Shown piece after piece: positions 60,266 through 64,000 of a stretch of DNA of 64,000 bases (its first letter is position 1; each line of letters starts with the position of its first letter). The translations under genes were made by a program, and so were the position numbers. Below the pieces are notes generated by a model, which was given only the letters and a program-made list of their open reading frames with translations, did not search any database and had not been told where the DNA came from. The stretch is from Malacoraja senta (taxonomy: Eukaryota): the NCBI GenBank assembly GCA_038087875.1, contig CM075996.1, forward strand, positions 2,234,001-2,298,000, given 5' to 3'.

Positions 60266-60575
60266 ATAGACAATAGACAATAGGTGCAGGAGTAGGTCAT
60301 TCGGCCCTTCAAGCCAGCAACGCCATTCAATCCCCAATCAGTACCCCATTCCTGCCTTCTCCCCATATCCCCTGACTCCGCTATCTTTAAGAGCCCTATC
60401 TAGCTCTCTCTTGAAAGCATCCAGAGAACCGGCCTCCACCGCCCTCTGAGGCAGAGAATTCCACAGACTCACAACTCTTTGTGTGAAAAAGTGATCCTCG
60501 TCTCCATTCTAAATGGTTTACCCCTTATTCTTAAACTGTGGCCCCTGGTTCTGGACTCCCCCAACATCAGAAACA
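60266..60575 (-). mobile_element. CR1 3' fragment
   Basis: (AATAGAC)n tail, TAGGTGCAGGAGTAGG 3' UTR, GAATTCCACAGACTCACAACTCTTTGTGTG. Confidence 0.9.
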
Positions 60576-61289
60576 ATCATTGACTAATTGCTGGGGCCTC
60601 TGGCCAAAGAACTGCAGGAGACAATGAATAGACCACACCGCTCACGACATAACCTTCTTACTGTATGTCCAGCCTTAGAGCGGTTTTGAGGAGAGTAGGG
60701 CTTGGCAATTGAAATAAGACACCTGCTTGTTTTGGGCTTCAAGGAGAGAACAGCAGTGTAGGATCAACCCTACTTTCAGAGGCCAGTTTTAGCTACCTCA
60801 GCACTGGCCTTGTTACCAAGAGAGTGATATGTCACAACTAACATATCCTGCATCTCCAAAGCATATTAGGGGAGCGCAGTGCACTGAAGGAGCTGTGTTA
60901 TGGGTTCAGCACAACCAGAATCCATGAGAAAGTAATCTCTGTTCCCATCTCTGTTCCTAGTCTTTTTCCTACCCTTTGTCCCCCTTACTCAATCTCAATC
61001 TTTCCTCACCTGACCACATTCTCAACTCCTCCACTCCTCATCCCAAATCTCTGGACAAGTTCGGCCACTTCCAGTGAACTCTTCCTCACCACAGACCCCT
61101 TTCCCTTCTCCAAACTCTTCATTGCCTTGACTCCCTCCTCAATTCAACCCCTTCTTCACTCTGACCTCTTCCTCAAGTCCAACCCTCTGCATGGCCTGGA
61201 TGATTGGCAAACCTTTTAAATGAAGCTGACTGATCCAAGGGTGGTTTTAACCAATAATAACCACATCCTATACTCAGCATAAGATTAGT

Positions 61290-61692
61290 GGTTGGAAGAT
61301 TCACAAGGCTGGTTCCAGGGATGTGGGTTAACTCTCTGAGGAGAGATTGCGTAGGCTGGGACTGTATTTTCTGGAGCTTGAAAGAATGAGAGGAGATGTC
61401 AGCAAAACCTACAAAAACCTTCATGAGCTTGACAGACTCGATGCAAGGAGGATACTTCCCCTGACTGAGGAAGCCCCATTTGAGAATGAATAGGCTATTT
61501 AGGACTGAGTTGAGGAAACATAACTTCATCAAAGAGTGGCAAAACTTTCAATTCCACATCTCGGAGGGTTGTGAAGGTTCAGTTATTTTGTTCATTCAAA
61601 ATGGATATTGATAGATTTCTACTCATTAAAGGAATCAAGATATATGTGGAGAGTGCAGGAAAATGGCATAGAGGCAGTAGATCAACCATGAT
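61290..61692 (+). mobile_element. Old CR1 fragment
   Basis: AGATTCACAAGGCTGGTTCCAGGGATG..TTTTCTGGAGCTTGAAAGAATGAGAGGAGATG. Confidence 0.75.
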
Positions 61693-62132
61693 ATCTAAGT
61701 CATAGGACAATAGAGTCACACTGCACATCTTTTGTTTGGAACACCGGAGGGAAACTCACGCAGACAGGAGGAGATGCTACTCCACACAAACAGCATAGGA
61801 GGTCAGTATCGAAGCCAAGGTGAAGCAGCAGCTCTACCTTCGGCACCACTGTGCTGCTGAGTATGATGGAAGATCCTTGGTCTCAGTCCCAGTTTCCCTC
61901 ACAATTAAAATAGTAAGATTAAACGAGAACTTACCAGTTTGAAGTTTGATCTGTATTTTATGAGGAGTTACGATGAGGGATTACGTGAAGACCCCGTTCA
62001 GCACGCATGCGCGACATTCTTCAAAGCAGCGGTGTGGAATCACAGGAAACACAATAATTGAAATAAACATAGTAAAGAAAAGGAGAACTAAGATACCTGT
62101 TGATCTATATATTTGAGGGTGGGAGCGGAGGG

Positions 62133-62245
62133 CACGTAATCCCTCATCGTAACTCCTCATAAAATACAGATCAAACTTCAAACTGGTAAGTTCTCGTTTA
62201 ATCTTACTATTTTACTTCGGAGTCACGTGAGTGACTACGTGAAGA
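62133..62245 (+). repeat. ICR of the second DIRS
   Basis: Complementary to its own right end; 62209-62245 is identical to 19043-19079. Confidence 0.95.
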
Positions 62246-62419
62246 CTTCAAAGTTCTGTGATTTCAAACCGTGTAACAGTTCATACTTCACTCGCTGCCG
62301 AAGTCATTCAAGGGAGGAAGTATGTTATTGTAATCAACCATAATCTGTTTGTAAACAATAATGGTATCTATTAAACAATAACAAAAGACAAAATGCTCCC
62401 CCGGGCTTAAATTATATAA

Positions 62420-63400
62420 TTTTGCAGATTTTAAAACTCTTTCTGCAAATAACACAGGTTCTGCTAGCGGCTTGTGGGAGAACGTTTGGAACGTTTTCTC
62501 CATGTTCATTCTTTTAGCCGCCGATGTGGATGCTGCCCTGGTGGAGTGAGATGTATATACATCAGTATCTACTCCAGCAGCTCCCAGTGCCTGCTTGAGC
62601 CATCTCGAGATGGTTTGGCTCGACACCCAACCATGAGGTTTCTTGTGGCTGACCCATAAGGCTTTTTTTTATTTATTTATTTATTTATTTATTTATATAT
62701 TTTTAATTTTTTTTTCCTTCTCCCTCGAGAATCTCTTGTTGTGTTGATGTAAGTGAATAAGTGAGTCATGACACACAACCGTAGGTCAGGTGGGTATGCC
62801 CGGAAATCCATAACTAGGACTCAAGTTCCTGGCTTGCTCTGCTTTAGCAGCTCCTGAATGGTGAATGAGACCCGGTCTGGTGTTATAACCATGTTGTCCA
62901 GTCGCAGTAAGTGGAGGGACTGGACTCTATGTGCTGAGACTAGTGGCATCAGCATGACCGTTTTGCAGGGTTAGCTTTTCCAGGGTGAGAGACCTGGCTG
63001 GGGACCATCCCCTTAGGTATGTCAGGACCACACTGACATCCCAGATTTGTGTATACCTAGGTCTAAGAGGGTTGGAGTTGACGATACTCCTCATGAGTTT
63101 GATCACCAGCGGGTGAGACCCTATGGCCTGTTGTCCTGGCACCTGTTTTAAGTAGGCTGACAGCGCACGTCTGGCAGTATTGATGGCGCTGTAGCTCAAT
63201 CCTTCATTATGGTGAAGGCCCCCCAGGAACTCCAGTACATTGGTTATGGTTGCAGATGAGTACGTTGTCCCAGTAGTCGAGCAGTATCTTTCCCACTTCC
63301 TGATGCTCGATAGGTATTGTTTCATGGTGGACATACGGTGTCATCATGTTGATGGTCCTGTCAGACAATCCCAGTCCCAGCAGTGGTCTTTTGATAATCT
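62420..63400 (-). pseudogene. Tyrosine recombinase of the second DIRS, disrupted
   Basis: EGLSYSAINTARRALSAYL, PRYTQIWDV, TISRWLK, HSTRAA; GW segment deleted and FY read as FS. Confidence 0.9.
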
Positions 63401-63409
63401 GCAACCCAG

Positions 63410-64000
63410 TAGGTTAATTTTGGCATGGCATGGATGACTTATGCCTGATACAGGGTGCGTCAATAGGTCTGGGCTACTGGGAAAGGTCATAGGAGTTTCG
63501 ATGACCATGTCGAGGACCACTGGGAATCATGGCTGTGTAGGCCAGTTGGTACTATCAAAATACCTGAAGCAGAGTCCATCTGTATTTTGCGTAGTACCCT
63601 ACAGATTAAGGCAGAAGGGGAAAAAGCATAGAAGAAATCTGTCCCCCAGTTCAGCGCGAATGCATCTATCGCTGCTGCCTCAGGGTGTGGTTCCCAAGGG
63701 ACATACATTGGTACGTGGTGATTTAGTCTGGATGCAAAGAGATCGATATCTGGTGTGCCATATTGGTTTGTAATTTTAGCAAAGCTCTAGGATTTAACAT
63801 CCATTCGGTGTTTATCATTGAATTTGCATGACCTGGCACTGTATTTAGCTTACCTGGTAGGTAAGTTGCTGATAGCCAAATATGTCTATCGACCCACCAT
63901 TACCAGATTGTGTTGACCCAATTGTCACATGATATCGATTTTATTCCAGCCATATGGTTAATATAGGCCACCACCGTGATATTATCAATTTGTAAATGAA
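63410..64000 (-). pseudogene. RNase H end and methylase domain of the second DIRS
   Basis: WLSATYLPGKLN, NTEWML, GTPDIDLFASRLNHHVPMYVPWEPHPEAAAIDAF. Confidence 0.88.

Larger units (their letters stand above)
61907..64000 (-). mobile_element. Second DIRS element, 3' half (runs off the window), coding-defective
   Basis: Minus strand RNase H end (QIDNITVVAYINHMAG), methylase (DIDLFASRLNH), YR; right end 61907-61987 is the exact reverse complement of ICR 62133-62213. Confidence 0.95.

Overview
Repeat-dense vertebrate genomic DNA. The repeat families (HE1-type V-SINEs, HER1/CR1 LINEs, DeuSINEs, Rex1, Penelope) point to a cartilaginous fish, probably a skate or ray (inference). No complete host gene is present. 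Two candidate + strand coding exons (3994-4028 and 58795-59089) splice in frame across about 55 kb, so most of the window may be one intron. Large elements: (1) a full-length but coding-decayed DIRS tyrosine-recombinase retrotransposon (19043-23804, +) with gag, RT, RNase H, Dam-like methylase, YR, ITRs and ICR; (2) a 5'-truncated L1-clade LINE (44303-50231, +) with TSD, an open 1261-aa ORF2 and a CR1 fragment nested in its 3' UTR; (3) the 3' half of a second, divergent DIRS (61907-64000, -). The strongest leads are: a 22-nt inverted repeat that brackets L1 ORF2; about 20 Penelope pLTR fragments with minimal hammerhead-ribozyme cores, often as fold-back palindromes; and DIRS termini that are nearly pristine and shared between two families whose ORFs are dead and divergent. 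Boundaries of small repeats are approximate and family names come from recognition, not from a database search.
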